DNA from: an uncultured Methanosarcinaceae archaeon
Lineage (GTDB): Archaea > Halobacteriota > Methanosarcinia > Methanosarcinales > Methanosarcinaceae
NCBI GenBank assembly: GCA_963833425.1
Contig: CAWHXP010000011.1
Coordinates: 32,001 to 96,000, forward strand
Length of the DNA: 64,000 nucleotides
Reading direction: 5' to 3'
In this document: piece after piece, positions 1 through 11,537 of the stretch
Position numbering within the stretch: position 1 is the stretch's first letter
How the letters are laid out: each line of letters starts with the position of its first letter
Notes under the pieces: generated by a model
The model's input: only the letters and a program-made list of their open reading frames with translations
Told to the model about the DNA's origin: nothing
Databases searched by the model: none
Position numbers and translations under genes: made by a program

Positions 1-204
1 TTAAAACAGAGTTTTATAGTAGCATATAAATAATTTGTATATAATATCAATAGAGTTACAAATAATTGCATCTTCAAAGAAGCAAATCTCGATGACTAAT
101 TAGAATGTGATATTTACTCAGTGAATCTGCCGAAGATAGGTTAATTGGAAGACAAACAGTATAAAACTTTGATTAAATTGGCTGAAGATTTGGAGAGTAT
201 ATAA

Positions 205-495
205 ATGGAAAACCAGCCATATGATAGATCAATAAAGATATTGACAATTTTACTGGTAGTTTTTTTTGTAGTAGTATTAACCGTTGCCATAGCAAACTTA
301 TTGGCCGTTAAAGGCCCCAAGTACGAGCAAGGCTATGGAGCCGGCTACAGAATCAGCTACCGAGCTGCTTTCAACGGTGATTTTTATGATATCAAAGTTG
401 GTTTAGGTCAGAATTCTAGCTATAACGAAGGCTACAGGAATGGCTATGATGAAGGCTACCCTGATGGTCAATCAGACAAAAAAAGCCTTCATTAG
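205..495 (+). CDS. Small membrane-anchored hypothetical protein with GY-x-x repeats
   Basis: 96-aa ORF, GGAGAG upstream, hydrophobic N-terminal helix, YEQGYGAGY / YNEGYRNGYDEGY repeats. Confidence 0.7.
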   Translation: MENQPYDRSIKILTILLVVFFVVVLTVAIANLLAVKGPKYEQGYGAGYRISYRAAFNGDFYDIKVGLGQNSSYNEGYRNGYDEGYPDGQSDKKSLH

Positions 496-1769
496 CGGGA
501 TAATTAAGACAAACGGCATCAAAAATCGTCACAAAAAAGTTTTAAAGACATGGAATAATTTTTTATTTATTTCTTTTTTAGTATTTTCTATGCTTCATCC
601 CCACGTTTAAGACCAATGAAAAATTTTTGATACTTCACTAAATTAATGTTTCCAATTTAATAAAATAAAGATTAATATAATATTTATACATAGTTTTTGT
701 GAAGAAACAATGCGTGTTACCTTTTAAAGAAAATTTAATGATCATTCCCCAAAAGCTACTAAAATCTGGAACTTACGCGGTGAAAAGAGAATTAAATAAC
801 ATTATATATTTCATTGTATAAAATAAAAAGTTAAACGACAATTTTTGTTGTGTTTGTATTTTTACTTTAAGTTCATAAATCTTATATAATTCATACGATA
901 CAGATAGTAAATAGATTATATTTAAGCAATGAGTAGACTCCTTTTTCGTTGTCATTCTCAACGATTTAATGTCTTCAATAGCTTGTTTGTGACTAGCCTG
1001 TCTGGGGAAAAGTTGATTTAACATGATAACAAATGATATGTGAAAGGATAATTATTTTAAATGTTGTTATGTAATAATTAACTCATATTTATTAGTTCCA
1101 TTTCTCAAAATTTTAATTCATAAAATGGTGATACGCAACTGAAACAATTTAAAATCATACTTCATTGGCATATGATGCTCTGTTACAAAATTAAATGATT
1201 TTTACATGTCTTAACTGTATTTTGCTACCGAGTCGGCATATGCTATGAAAATATGGAAAATTTAGATAAAGTTCTGATTTTCTCGAGTTGTTTGTATGTC
1301 ATCTATAATCATATGGCAAAATTTAGGGTTCATCGCGATCCTCTTTGAGTTCTCTTATATTATTTGATAGAGTTCATTTCCAAAATGAACTTAGTACCAT
1401 TTATCCGTATTCTTTTTCGCCTTTTAGCGAGTTTATTTATAACATATATTCTACAGTGAACGAAAATGCAAAAATTCGTTTAATTTGAAATTTAATTAGA
1501 AGGTAATAACTACTTCATAGCAAAAGAACCCAATCTTGTTAAATCAAGTATGTACATATTTCTACTAAACTTAAGTGCAAAGTTGAACCACAGAAATACT
1601 GCAAACATGGACAAAAAGAAACAAGGAAACAATTTTTCTGTGAGTCTCCACCTTTTTCTCTTGGTTATAGCATTTCTAGAGACTTAAGCTTAAATAATTA
1701 TACTTGAAAATAATTACACTTGAAGATACAGATTAAACGAAAGATGTATAATAATATTCATGGAGAAGA

Positions 1770-2225
1770 TTAGGAATTAATTGATTTCAAGACTGCAATT
1801 TCGCTGCAGTCTGGAAACTTTGGGCATCTCTGGCAGCCGGACCATATTTTTCTGGGAAGGCTATTTTTGTCCACTACCTTAAAACCCAGAGTCGCAAAAA
1901 AATTAGGCACATAAGTAAGAGCAAATACCTCTTTTATATCAAAGTATTTGGCATCATCGAGGCAGGCTGAGACAAGCTTTGTGCCTATTCCTTTTCTTGA
2001 AAATTCGGGTTTCACGGCAAGGGCAAGTATCTCTGCAAGGTCTTCCCAGACCACATGGAGAGCTCCACATCCTACAATTTCTTCATTGGTTTCACATACA
2101 TAATAATCCCTGATATTCTCATATATCTCACTAAGAGAACGAGCTAGCATGAGCTCGTCCTTGGAATAAATACTGATAATCTGCCTCATTACAAAAACAT
2201 CATTTATCCTGGCTTTCCTAATCAA
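1770..2225 (-). CDS. GNAT N-acetyltransferase (short ArgA-like amino-acid N-acetyltransferase)
   Basis: MIRKARINDV start, LAEILALAV...RKGIGTKLV acetyl-CoA motif, C-terminal KIWSGCQRCPKFPDC. Confidence 0.85.
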   Translation of the reverse strand: MIRKARINDVFVMRQIISIYSKDELMLARSLSEIYENIRDYYVCETNEEIVGCGALHVVWEDLAEILALAVKPEFSRKGIGTKLVSACLDDAKYFDIKEVFALTYVPNFFATLGFKVVDKNSLPRKIWSGCQRCPKFPDCSEIAVLKSINS

Positions 2226-2490
2226 TTACTTTTCCCTCTGGAGTAGCACTGTATTTTTCAATAGATCGATATTGTCCTGGACTTCTTATTTCGCCAATTC
2301 ACTTAACTAGCTACGAAACTATTCTTTTTTCAGATATAAAATTTTCCTAGAGATTACAGAATATGTCCACCTAATTTAGTGAAATTTAACTTCTCCTACT
2401 GAATAGATACTCGATATTTCGAGTGTAATAGCCGATCGAAAAATACTCATTTTAGGAAGAAGCTGGAGAGAACAGATTAGAGGAAATTGA

Positions 2491-2565
2491 CGGGCGCGAA
2501 GGGATTTGAACCCCCGATTCACAGCTTAGGAGGCTGGTGCCATATCCGGGCTAGGCCACGCGCCC
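2491..2565 (-). tRNA. tRNA-Arg (anticodon CCT)
   Basis: Reverse complement GGGCGCGTGGCCTAGCCCGGATATGGCACCAGCCTCCTAAGCTGTGAATCGGGGGTTCAAATCCCTTCGCGCCCG: 7-bp acceptor stem, GTTCAAATC T-loop, CT-CCT-AA anticodon loop; CCA not encoded. Confidence 0.95.
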
Positions 2566-3199
2566 ATTATACAATTCCAGAGAGAATTCAACCATATGAC
2601 TGTTTACTGAATCAGCATTTCAGGTGAAGTATCCATAATAGCGATATAAGATATATATAGTTATCTTTCAGATAACGATCGATTCCATCTGAAAAACAAG
2701 ACTGATTTCCTGGAAAGTATAATCAAAATGCAAAATTATAGAACTTAATCATGTTGGCAATACTCTTATAATTTAAGAGACTCTTCAATATGAGCTGGGA
2801 TTGAAAAAGTACCATTAATTCCACTAGTAATTGGTTGCAATCAATCCAAAAACCAAAAAACAATATAATGGAACCACTTCAATAGATTCTCTGTCACATA
2901 GAGGTTAACTACTAACAGTTTAGAACGTACTATTCGAAGTACAAAATAGAGTGCCTTTTTATACTCTGTGTTTCAAAATTCCTTTTCGTATCGTTATATG
3001 CATAACGATATTTATTTCCCAATTAAATCGTATAAGTCTTATAGTTCTTATATTTACTTATAGGAACTGATCAAGTAACATAGACTAGTTTCAGTTCTAT
3101 TAAAACTTCACTTTCTATCAAGTCTATACTCATCTATCTTTTTTGACTATACAATCTTGACATACTTTCACAAAGCAAAAAATGAGAAGATCTAGACAA

Positions 3200-3780
3200 A
3201 TGAGATGAAAAGAGGGAAAAGCGTGCACATAAAATACAGTCACGCGTATTCAGCAAATACTCGTAACTCAGAATGATGGTTCTTGCATCTTTTTTTTGCA
3301 GCCCTTACAGTCCCAGGTACATACATAATGATTCCTGTACCTTTATCCCCTGCTCCTATAACACTGCAGGTTTTCTTTGTTCTACTTGCTGGCAGTATAT
3401 TGGGAAACAAATGGAGCAGTCTAAGTACGGTTGTGTACATACTTCTTGGTATTGTAGGGCTTCCAGTATTTGCAAGAGGCGGTTCAGAGTTAGGAATGCT
3501 TTTTGGGCTCACAGGTGGGTGAATTTTGTTTCATTTTAGCTGCCTATCCAATAGGAAGGTTTTCTAGGAAGACTGGCAATGGTGTTCAATCCAGTTTTTT
3601 CATTAATGTTCTTAATTTGTTTGCAGGAATCCTGGTTATTTATGCATTTGAAGCTTTCCGGTTAATGATGGTGACTGACTTGGAGCTTGGAATTTTTTTT
3701 TTTCTTGGTGTCATCCCTTTTCTGCCTGGAGATATTATCAAAACATCATTGCAGCCTATATAATTTCTCTCATGAATCTA
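3200..3780 (+). pseudogene. bioY: Biotin transporter BioY, frameshifted
   Basis: Fragments PAPITLQVFFVLLAGSILG...YILLGIVGLPVFARG and GVIPFLPGDIIK in different frames, with stops. Confidence 0.8.
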
Positions 3781-3959
3781 AAAGTCCATACTTTGGGTTA
3801 CTACAGTCAATTATCTAGCAGCTTGCTGTGGGTATGGGAGTTACTTGTAGATCCGTTTACTGACCAACTGATTTATATTTTAAGCTAGTTTTGCACTATA
3901 AAATGAAAATACATCCTATAAACTATTGGGTCTATAATATAAAATATCAAGTGTTTTCT

Positions 3960-4410
3960 TGTTTATTAAGTATCAGGGGGAATTTTTCCAAATAATGATA
4001 TCATCAACGAAGTGAAAAATATTTAATGGAATTGGTAAAAGGTACTGTTTTTGAATTTGATTCAATTGATGGTGATGTTGAGCATGTACATTTTTTCGTT
4101 GATGCCGGAACAAAATACTTTCCTTCAAAAGTGATGAGGATAATGAAAAGTATCATTCCAAGAAAAACTTTCAGAGAATACTTTTAAATTAAAACATAGT
4201 TATGGGATCATGAACTGATAGTAATATGGAAATTATTTGGAATTTAGTGATGGTAAGACTTATGATTTAACTAGACGTTCTGTTGAAAATCAGATAAAAA
4301 AGGAAGAAAATGAATCATCTGAGTAATTGAAAATATTTGATTTGGAATAATTCATTTATATCAAAAAAATAGAATGAAAATACTCCGCTCCTTGCAGCGA
4401 TGTAAGATAC
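3960..4410 (+). mobile_element. IS200/IS605-family TnpA transposase remnant
   Basis: Degenerate translation DSIDGDVEHVHFFV (HUH motif)...PSKVMRIMKS; many stops. Confidence 0.55.
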
Positions 4411-4484
4411 CGAAATTTCGATTTATTTAAGGTCCTAGAATATTCAGGAGAACTTAAACAAAGGAGAATAAAGTTTGATTAAGC

Positions 4485-5020
4485 ATGATCAGATTTGAGA
4501 AAGTAAATTACAGTTATCTGATGGAACTCCTGCACTTGAGGACGTGAATTTGACGATACAAGAAGGAATTCATAGGATAATATGTAAAAACGGCAGTAGT
4601 AAATGAAACTTGCCATTCACATAAATGGGCTCCTTAAACACCGAAATGGATGGTAATAATACGATGATGGATACCTGTGACCCTTCAAAGCTTCAAAGTA
4701 TCGAAGGATCATAGATGTCGTATCGCAGAATTCTGAGACTCAGTTTGTGGGCAGAATCGTAGAAGGGATCTGGCTTTTGGCCCCGAAAATCTCTGTCTTC
4801 CTCCTTTAGAAATCCAAAAATGCGCTAATATGACTCTTGATGAAATGGGCTTGAGAAAAGAGATCTCGCTATCCAAAAAATCTTAGTGGTGAACGGATCA
4901 AGTGTGTAGCCCTTGCAGGAATCCTTGCTATGAAGCCTGAATGCATTGTTTTTGATGAGATAACTTTCATTCTCGATCCTGACCCTGGAACCGTTATCCA
5001 CAAAAGCATAAAAAAATAGA
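4485..5020 (+). pseudogene. ECF-type transporter ATPase (BioM/CbiO-like), decayed
   Basis: Fragments MIRFEKVNYSY, DGTPALEDVNLTI, LAFGPENLCLPP, VALAGILAMKPECIVFDEITFILDP; follows bioY. Confidence 0.75.
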
Positions 5021-5326
5021 GGAGAAGAAGAAAAAGCACAATTTTTATGCTAAATTTCTGAATTTCTTAAGGTCCATGTGAGATAAGAGAATATTGCTGT
5101 ACTGTTAATTATTTGCATTTATTCACAGTACTTCTGAAAAAACGAAATAATTGATCTTTATTAACATTAATTTATATATCATTAATGACATTAAATGATA
5201 GGACAGCAGGGATAACTTTAGTTTGCCAAATTAATGCATCTCCCACTCCGTTATTTAAAAAAACATGACCATTACTTTTTTGAACTTCGTTTTCCAAAAA
5301 GTTAAAATTAAGGGGTTAATGGTTCT

Positions 5327-5446
5327 ATGGCGTTAGTGGTTATAACAACAGTGGCGTCTTCGGCAGCAGTGTTAGCAGCTGCAGCTTTCAAAATAAAAGA
5401 ATATCATGCTAGCCGTAAAAATAAAGACAAGAGTAAAAGGATGTAG
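5327..5446 (+). CDS. Candidate 39-aa small membrane protein
   Basis: MALVVITTVASSAAVLAAAAFKIKEYHASRKNKDKSKRM; AAGGGG RBS-like site upstream; below the ORF-track length cutoff. Confidence 0.45.
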   Translation: MALVVITTVASSAAVLAAAAFKIKEYHASRKNKDKSKRM

Positions 5447-6108
5447 ATCCTCCATAATTTTCTATACTTTTAATTTTGAAGCTTAAGCACATGCGATCAA
5501 AAATCGAGTGCATTAGGTATTTTTATTTTGAGTTATTGTTATACAATTTACTATTATATGTAGATTTAGATATAAATATTAAAATTCTTAGTTCTATCTT
5601 GTGCGTTCTATTCAATATATAATTGCTAATTGCATAGTTTTTGCTATAGAACCGTGTACTAATAAGACGAAAATCGTATCTTTTTTAGTTAAAAAAAGGA
5701 TACTGAATCATTTAGAATTTATAATGACTTTGGTACACTAGCTAATTTCTGATGTAATCTGCCCAAATAATATCTTATAGTCGCCATTCAAAATAGAAAA
5801 TATTAAATATAATTATGTATCTAGTACATTACCGTTAGTATATGGATAATATGTATTAGGTTGTCATACATTCGTATGTCTATCCAACAGATCTAAAAAA
5901 CTAAGGATGCCTGAAATATATTCATCAAGTTTGTATCGGTGGATTTCCTGTGGTGGTGAAATTCCTTCTCTATAGGTGCAAGTAGGTGGCAGTTTCAGGC
6001 TTCTAAAACAAAATACCAAGTGTCATGGAAGGGTTTACTCACTCCATCCCTTCCATTCATGCTTTTCAAATTGAAGCAATATCAATAATATTCCTTTTAG
6101 TCATCGTA

Positions 6109-6196
6109 TAGGATTTCGATAGAGCCCAACTTCGGCTTGTTCTTAATAAATAATATATAAAAGTTTGTTGACATCAGAGATTTGTCGAATGTTCTA
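6109..6196. mobile_element. Degenerate ~90-bp MITE (IS5-type TIR family)
   Basis: Ends AGGATTTCGATA / ATCAGAGATTTGTCGAATGTTC resemble the reverse complement of the 37034 MITE. Confidence 0.5.
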
Positions 6197-6243
6197 TATT
6201 TTAGCATGCGATTAATTTTAACAAAATATAAAGGATGAAATAA

Positions 6244-6573
6244 ATGTTAAAACAAACATCTAGTAGAATTAAAAAGGTACTTGCTATTTTGCTAGCAGTC
6301 CTTTTTGTAATATCGGTGACATCAGTGGCAGCTAGTGCACACTATGGTGGCTGGGGCCGCGGATGGGGCGGCTATGGCTGGGGTCCCGGATGGGGTTATG
6401 GTACTGGTTGTATGTGGGTGGGTGGTAATAATTGGCTCTGCCCTGGATTCAATTTTACATCGGGAATGCCATATACCATTCAAACTACAGCACCTGCAGC
6501 TCCAGCTCCTGCGGCTCCGGATCTAGGTCCAGATGCGGGACTAGCTATATTTCCAAAAAAAGCATCCACATAG
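6244..6573 (+). CDS. Secreted Gly/Trp-rich low-complexity protein
   Basis: Signal peptide KKVLAILLAVLFVISVTSVAASA, then HYGGWGRGWGGYGWGPGWGYG, a Cys pair and a Pro/Ala linker. Confidence 0.75.
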   Translation: MLKQTSSRIKKVLAILLAVLFVISVTSVAASAHYGGWGRGWGGYGWGPGWGYGTGCMWVGGNNWLCPGFNFTSGMPYTIQTTAPAAPAPAAPDLGPDAGLAIFPKKAST

Positions 6574-7289
6574 ATAATTTCTTCAAGTATGTGATTAAAA
6601 CAATGTGAATAATGTTACCCTTAGTCATTGTATAGGATTTTGATAAGCAAGGCATAAAACATTTTAAAATTGACAACAATTTAATAGTAATTTTATTTTT
6701 TTATTATTTCGATATAACATCACAAGGTTGTTAACAAATTACATATTTTACTAGATAAAAACCACTATCATAAAATATCGCTCTTTTTCAAATTTTACAT
6801 TTAATTTTGATAGGCTTCTTTGATAATGGAACTAAAGTTTGTGAAATCTAATTGGCTCTTTAATCCTTTTCCTTCTCTGCAAAAAAATTCGGGTCCTGAA
6901 CCAATGGTATGTTAAAAAGGTATGTTTCTGTTGTTTCATTAATGCACAGTTTCTTGTATCAAAATCTCTGAATTTCCTAAGTTCCATCTAGAATAAAAAT
7001 TATTTAGGATTTATTACTCATGGAGCTTATGGGACTTATAGAACATCTGAATCTCCTGGAACACTTGGAATTAATTAACTTAAACTACTGTTGTAAATAG
7101 AAAAATAAGAAAAAATGATTGTGTATAACTCTTTTAAAAACTAAAAATACGAGTAAACTGAATAATAAACTCAATTTTGCAATACCATAAAAAAATTTGA
7201 GAAATAATCGGGAGAAATGTTTTTGATACTCTTTTTGACAATTAATATACAAGTTTAAGACTAGTAAGCAAAGTATAGTATTTTATAAT

Positions 7290-7830
7290 CCAGTTTTCTC
7301 ATTTGATAAAATACTGGTTCGTAGAATACTTATACGTAGATTATTGTTATGAAACTTATGTCTCAGTGAAAACAATAGAATAAGAAATCTTATCAATAAG
7401 ACTATTTGCTCTGCGTCCTACTTTTTGCCGTGAAAGGAAAGGATAAAGAACCAGTCGTATTTTACAGAACTTTTAGTATAACACCAAAAAACTCAATCGG
7501 AAAGGATAATAATCCCGCTTCCAAGTATGTTTGGTTACTTAACGAAGGACTTATTCTCCGCACAAAAACCACTTGCTGAAACAAATTGGAACAAATATTT
7601 AAGAAAATGGGCATTAACGGAGGATTAATATCCTCATGGATCTCTTCAAAGACCATAAGGGAAACTATAGAAAGTTGGTGCATTAAGGCGGGTATCCTTA
7701 AATCTACTGTATATTTAGGGCAAGGACGTGACAGTTTAACTAGTATGTAACGCCATCAAGGACTAGTCTTTAACGGTAGCTAGATTAGTGAGATCAATAA
7801 GCAATTAACAGTATGGAATGTGATAAAATA
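7290..7830 (+). pseudogene. Tyrosine recombinase/integrase remnant
   Basis: Fragments TNWNKYLRKWA, SSKTIRETIESWCIKAG, YLGQGRDSLTSM*RHQG resemble the C-terminal catalytic boxes of Methanosarcina integrases; stops and frameshifts. Confidence 0.55.
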
Positions 7831-7941
7831 CTATTTGTGACCGATTACATTCGGTAAATGCAAAAAGTATTAAAAAAATTTCGACAAAAATCTGGTTCTT
7901 TGATATTTTGTCTAGATCGAAATAATTATACATTTAAATAA

Positions 7942-8228
7942 ATGTTCACGCCAAAGAGATTAATGTAGAATAAAAACTTGATTTTTTTTACATCATATTT
8001 GTTGAAGGATTCTGCATATTGCACACCCATTTAGAAAGCGAATTATAACTCTTCACCTAAAATAGCAACGAGCTTATAATATTAATCGTGTTGTTTCTTT
8101 AGGAAAAAATAATATTGAATTATGAAGACTTTGAAAATAATTAAAAATTATTATTAATATTTAATTGTTTTTGATCGTGAAAAATCTTATGCAGGATCAT
8201 TTTTTGTTTAGAAACTATTTTCCGCATA
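7942..8228 (+). repeat. Dispersed ~290-bp AT-rich non-coding module, copy 1
   Basis: Close match to the reverse complement of 11234-11537, e.g. TTTAGAAAGCGAATTATAACTCTTCACCTAAAATAGCAACGAGCTTATAATATTAATCGTGTTG. Confidence 0.85.
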
Positions 8229-8444
8229 ATTAATTTAAAATAACTACGTGGATTATTTTGTATTTAGGACATTTTGATTGGATTATGCCGTAACTACATA
8301 GTTTTTATTAAAAGAGTGTTATGTTAAAAAGCCAAAGAGTTGCTATATTTAGCTAGCTGAAGATAAAAATAAATAAAAATTTTATAAATATTCAGCCTAC
8401 AAATTGGATTTATTTAATCTATTAGATAAAGTTCCTTTATTGTA

Positions 8445-9074
8445 TCAAGCTTTTGAATCGATTTCGTTTGCTTTGGCCCAAGCTTTTTGTGCTTCATCTG
8501 ACTTGCCTAATTCGCTGAGAGAGACACCTTTATAGTGCCAAGCTTTTGAATTCTGCGGGTTAATATCAATTACTTTGTCAAATGCTTTTATTGCTTCATT
8601 TAACTTGCCTAATTTTCCTAAAGCTATGCCTTTATTGTACCAAGCATCTGACAAGGTCGTTGAATTCTGAGGGCTAATTTCAATTGCTTTTTCGTATGCT
8701 GTTATTGCTCCATCGAATTGATTTAAGTAGTATAGATCATTTCCTTTATTGTACCAAGTTTTTGAATCTATTTCGTTTGCTTTGGCCCAAGCTTTTTGTG
8801 CTTCATCGGACTTGCCTAATTTGCTGAGAGCAACTCCTTTATAGGACCAAGCTTTTGAATCCTGTGGGTTTATTTCAATTGCTTTATCATATGCTTTTAT
8901 TGCTTCATTGTACTTGCCTGAGTTGGTCAGAGTATTTCCTTTATGGAACCAAATATTTGTAGATTGTGCCGCGCCGGCGATACTTACTAAGATGAAAAAT
9001 GCTAGCATAGTCATTTCTAAAGCCATTATGATTGTATGCTTTCCACTTGATCTACCATATATTGCTTTTTTCAT
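8445..9074 (-). CDS. Secreted TPR-repeat protein
   Basis: Signal-like LAFFILVSIAGAA; repeated AWYNKG...A..AYDKAIEINP; internal duplication of LGKSDEAQKAWAKANEIDSK. Confidence 0.9.
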   Translation of the reverse strand: MKKAIYGRSSGKHTIIMALEMTMLAFFILVSIAGAAQSTNIWFHKGNTLTNSGKYNEAIKAYDKAIEINPQDSKAWSYKGVALSKLGKSDEAQKAWAKANEIDSKTWYNKGNDLYYLNQFDGAITAYEKAIEISPQNSTTLSDAWYNKGIALGKLGKLNEAIKAFDKVIDINPQNSKAWHYKGVSLSELGKSDEAQKAWAKANEIDSKA

Positions 9075-9684
9075 TTTCAGTCTCCAGATATTCGTTCAGA
9101 TATTAATGATGAAGAATAACTAACCAAATACACATGACATAATAATTTATTCTATAAGTTAAACATTTCTACTTAAAAATTATATTATTAAATTTATTAA
9201 CAGATATTTTACCTAGATGTCGACAAACGAACTCTTTAAAATTTTCTAAATCAAATATTTAAATAATATTTTAGCTCTCAAGGCAGCTATGCAGAAAAAA
9301 GCTTTTAATTTGCACTCTTATACAAGTAAAAAAAACTATGTTGTAATGAGGAACATAGCTATCTAAAAACAATGATAATATGTTTTTCTCTAAAACCTAT
9401 GCATTAACGTAGATATTCTTAAATACAAAGAAACTCGTAATCAAATGCCTTTTTTGAAATGTATATATCCTAAAATGCAGATACATGATCCTGGATATAA
9501 GACATCTTAACTCATCCTTGGTTTCGATATTTATAAACGAGATTTGCCTAAAAATGTTGTTTAAATTTTGTTTAATAGTTAGGATTGTTTGATTGAAAAA
9601 CACTTTTCTCCTGCAAATTCAGTGTTTCAGTTCATAAATCCAAAAATCACTAAATTTTGGGCTAGAGTCCATAAGGATGGATTT

Positions 9685-10353
9685 TTATTTTATCAATCCT
9701 TTATGGAAATACCAATCATAATCATGAGCAAAGCGTTCCTTATTGAATTTTGCCAGCTGGCAAAAATATTCTGTGCGCTGACGATGTATTTCCTCCTGGT
9801 CGGGATATTCAATTTCTCCTCGAATTGCCTTTACCAACTTCTTTCCAAGATCTTGCGCAGGCCCTATATAATTCTCAAGTGCTGAGTTGTCTCTCCCGAG
9901 TATAACTCCAATGCTTCCGACAACTGTAACGCCAAGATTCATGAGAACACCATTCATGTATTTCAAGACTTCGTCATCGCCACTTCCCCCTGCAGTACAT
10001 ACCGAGCACCCAAATTTTCCAGTTAGCATCTGGCAGTGAATAGCATCTGAAAGCCTATCGAAAAGAGCTTTCATTGGAGCCGGAACAGAGTTAATGTAGT
10101 TCGGAGCACCAAGAACAACCCCATCGGCGTTCATAATCTTTCCAAATATCTCCATAAAATCATCAAATAAAGAACATTCACCCGTAGCGTAACAGGCTCC
10201 ACATCCAGTACAATATTCGATATTCAGTTTATAGAGATCAATAAGCTCAGTTTCTGCCCCTGCAGATTCAGCACCTTTGAGTACAGAATTTACCAGTTTT
10301 AAGGTGTTACTTGCATTGCCCCTTGGACTTGCATTGATTCCAATTATTTTCAT
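9685..10353 (-). CDS. Iron-sulfur flavoprotein / flavodoxin family (NADPH-dependent FMN reductase)
   Basis: INASPRGNASNT FMN motif; CTGCGACYATGEC Isf-type Cys cluster; GAPNY. Confidence 0.9.
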   Translation of the reverse strand: MKIIGINASPRGNASNTLKLVNSVLKGAESAGAETELIDLYKLNIEYCTGCGACYATGECSLFDDFMEIFGKIMNADGVVLGAPNYINSVPAPMKALFDRLSDAIHCQMLTGKFGCSVCTAGGSGDDEVLKYMNGVLMNLGVTVVGSIGVILGRDNSALENYIGPAQDLGKKLVKAIRGEIEYPDQEEIHRQRTEYFCQLAKFNKERFAHDYDWYFHKGLIK

Positions 10354-10584
10354 TTAGCTCCCTCGACGAAATATTCCAAAATAAGAGGATTCCGATTACT
10401 CGTATCTTCACGAATTGTTTATATATAATTTATAGGCATATGATTAAATTAAGAACTTGTTTGAAATCCTCTCTATACCAATTGATTTAAGGATTAAAAA
10501 AGGTACTTGAGTTGGTACATATGAAAGCAATTGAAGTATCTCGTCTCATCAAAAAATAATTGAAGCTCCTGGAGCTAAAAACTT

Positions 10585-10826
10585 ATGGTGGCGATTTGGG
10601 GAAAATACAGAAGACAGCTGTACGAAATCTTTGACAAAATCAAATACAATCAAAGGAATATAACGGAGACGGCGTTCTCTTTGTCAAAAGGAAGTTTGGA
10701 GAGATATTTCGGGCAAAAAAAGTTCCATAATCAAGTTAAGGAAATTAAACTTAAACTGATAGTCTGCAACATGAATAAAAAAATATCAGAAATAATTTGA
10801 ATCAAATTAAGGATTTCTACAGAGCC
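10585..10826 (+). mobile_element. IS5-like transposase C-terminal remnant with right TIR
   Basis: YNQRNITETAFS (YREK-like) motif; terminal GGATTTCTACAGAGCC. Confidence 0.65.
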
Positions 10827-10852
10827 GAATATGAAAAGCTAAAATGTTGGTT

Positions 10853-10923
10853 CATATTAAATTAGCGCACATATTAAATTAGCGCACATATTAAATTAAC
10901 GCCCATATTAAATTAACGCCCAT
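10853..10923. repeat. 17-bp tandem repeat x4
   Basis: CATATTAAATTAGCGCA x2 then CATATTAAATTAACGCC x2, no spacers. Confidence 0.95.
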
Positions 10924-10979
10924 CAGGATCCTAGGAAACAAGAATGTACTAATAGAGTAGCAATCAAAATAGGAGATTA

Positions 10980-11185
10980 AGGGGGTACAGAGCACATTTT
11001 ATGGAAATTATGCATTCCCCCAAATCAGGCGCATAAAAAAGATTGGATGAAAGCTTGGAAGAGTTGTTTCTACTGCCAGCCCAACGAATGCATCTTCGAA
11101 TATATCTCATCGGCAGTATACTTAGTTCGAAATAAGACCAACCTCTTCCAAGCAATTCTCCCCCTACCAGTTGATGATCCCCTTT
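10980..11185 (-). ncRNA. Putative structured small RNA, copy A
   Basis: Perfect 11-bp stem GCTTGGAAGAG (11053-63)/CTCTTCCAAGC (11143-53), inner TACTGCC/GGCAGTA stem, T-tract downstream on the minus strand, TATA-like element near 11216-11231; paralog at 12655-12852. Confidence 0.5.
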
Positions 11186-11233
11186 TACGATTTATTCATT
11201 GGTGTTACTCTAGCACAATATATAATTATCCCT

Positions 11234-11537
11234 ATAGTTATTTTAAATTAATTATGCGAAAAATAGTTTCTAAACGAAAAATAATCCTTCATAATATTTT
11301 TCACGATCAAAAAACAATTAAATATTAATAATGATTTTTAATTATTTTCAAAGTCTTCATAATTCAATATTATGCTTTTCCTAAAGAAGCAACACGATTA
11401 ATATTATAAGCTCGTTGCTATTTTAGGTGAAGAGTTATAATTCGCTTTCTAAATATATGTACAATATGGATCATCTTACAAAAAATTTATTCTGGGAAAT
11501 CGAGTTCTATTCGACGTTAATCTCTTTAACGTGCTCA
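11234..11537 (-). repeat. Dispersed ~290-bp AT-rich non-coding module, copy 2
   Basis: Inverted copy of 7942-8228; lies directly upstream of putative sRNA copy A. Confidence 0.85.

Noticed and set aside
773..1024. 83-aa minus-strand ORF and similar short AT-rich ORFs (9397, 11545, 23025, 46037, 50911)
   Set aside because: Low-complexity translations of intergenic DNA without RBS or motif support
2491..7830. Integrated element at tRNA-Arg using the integrase relic
   Set aside because: No duplicated tRNA 3' end (att site) found in the window, and the relic lies on the 5' side of the tRNA
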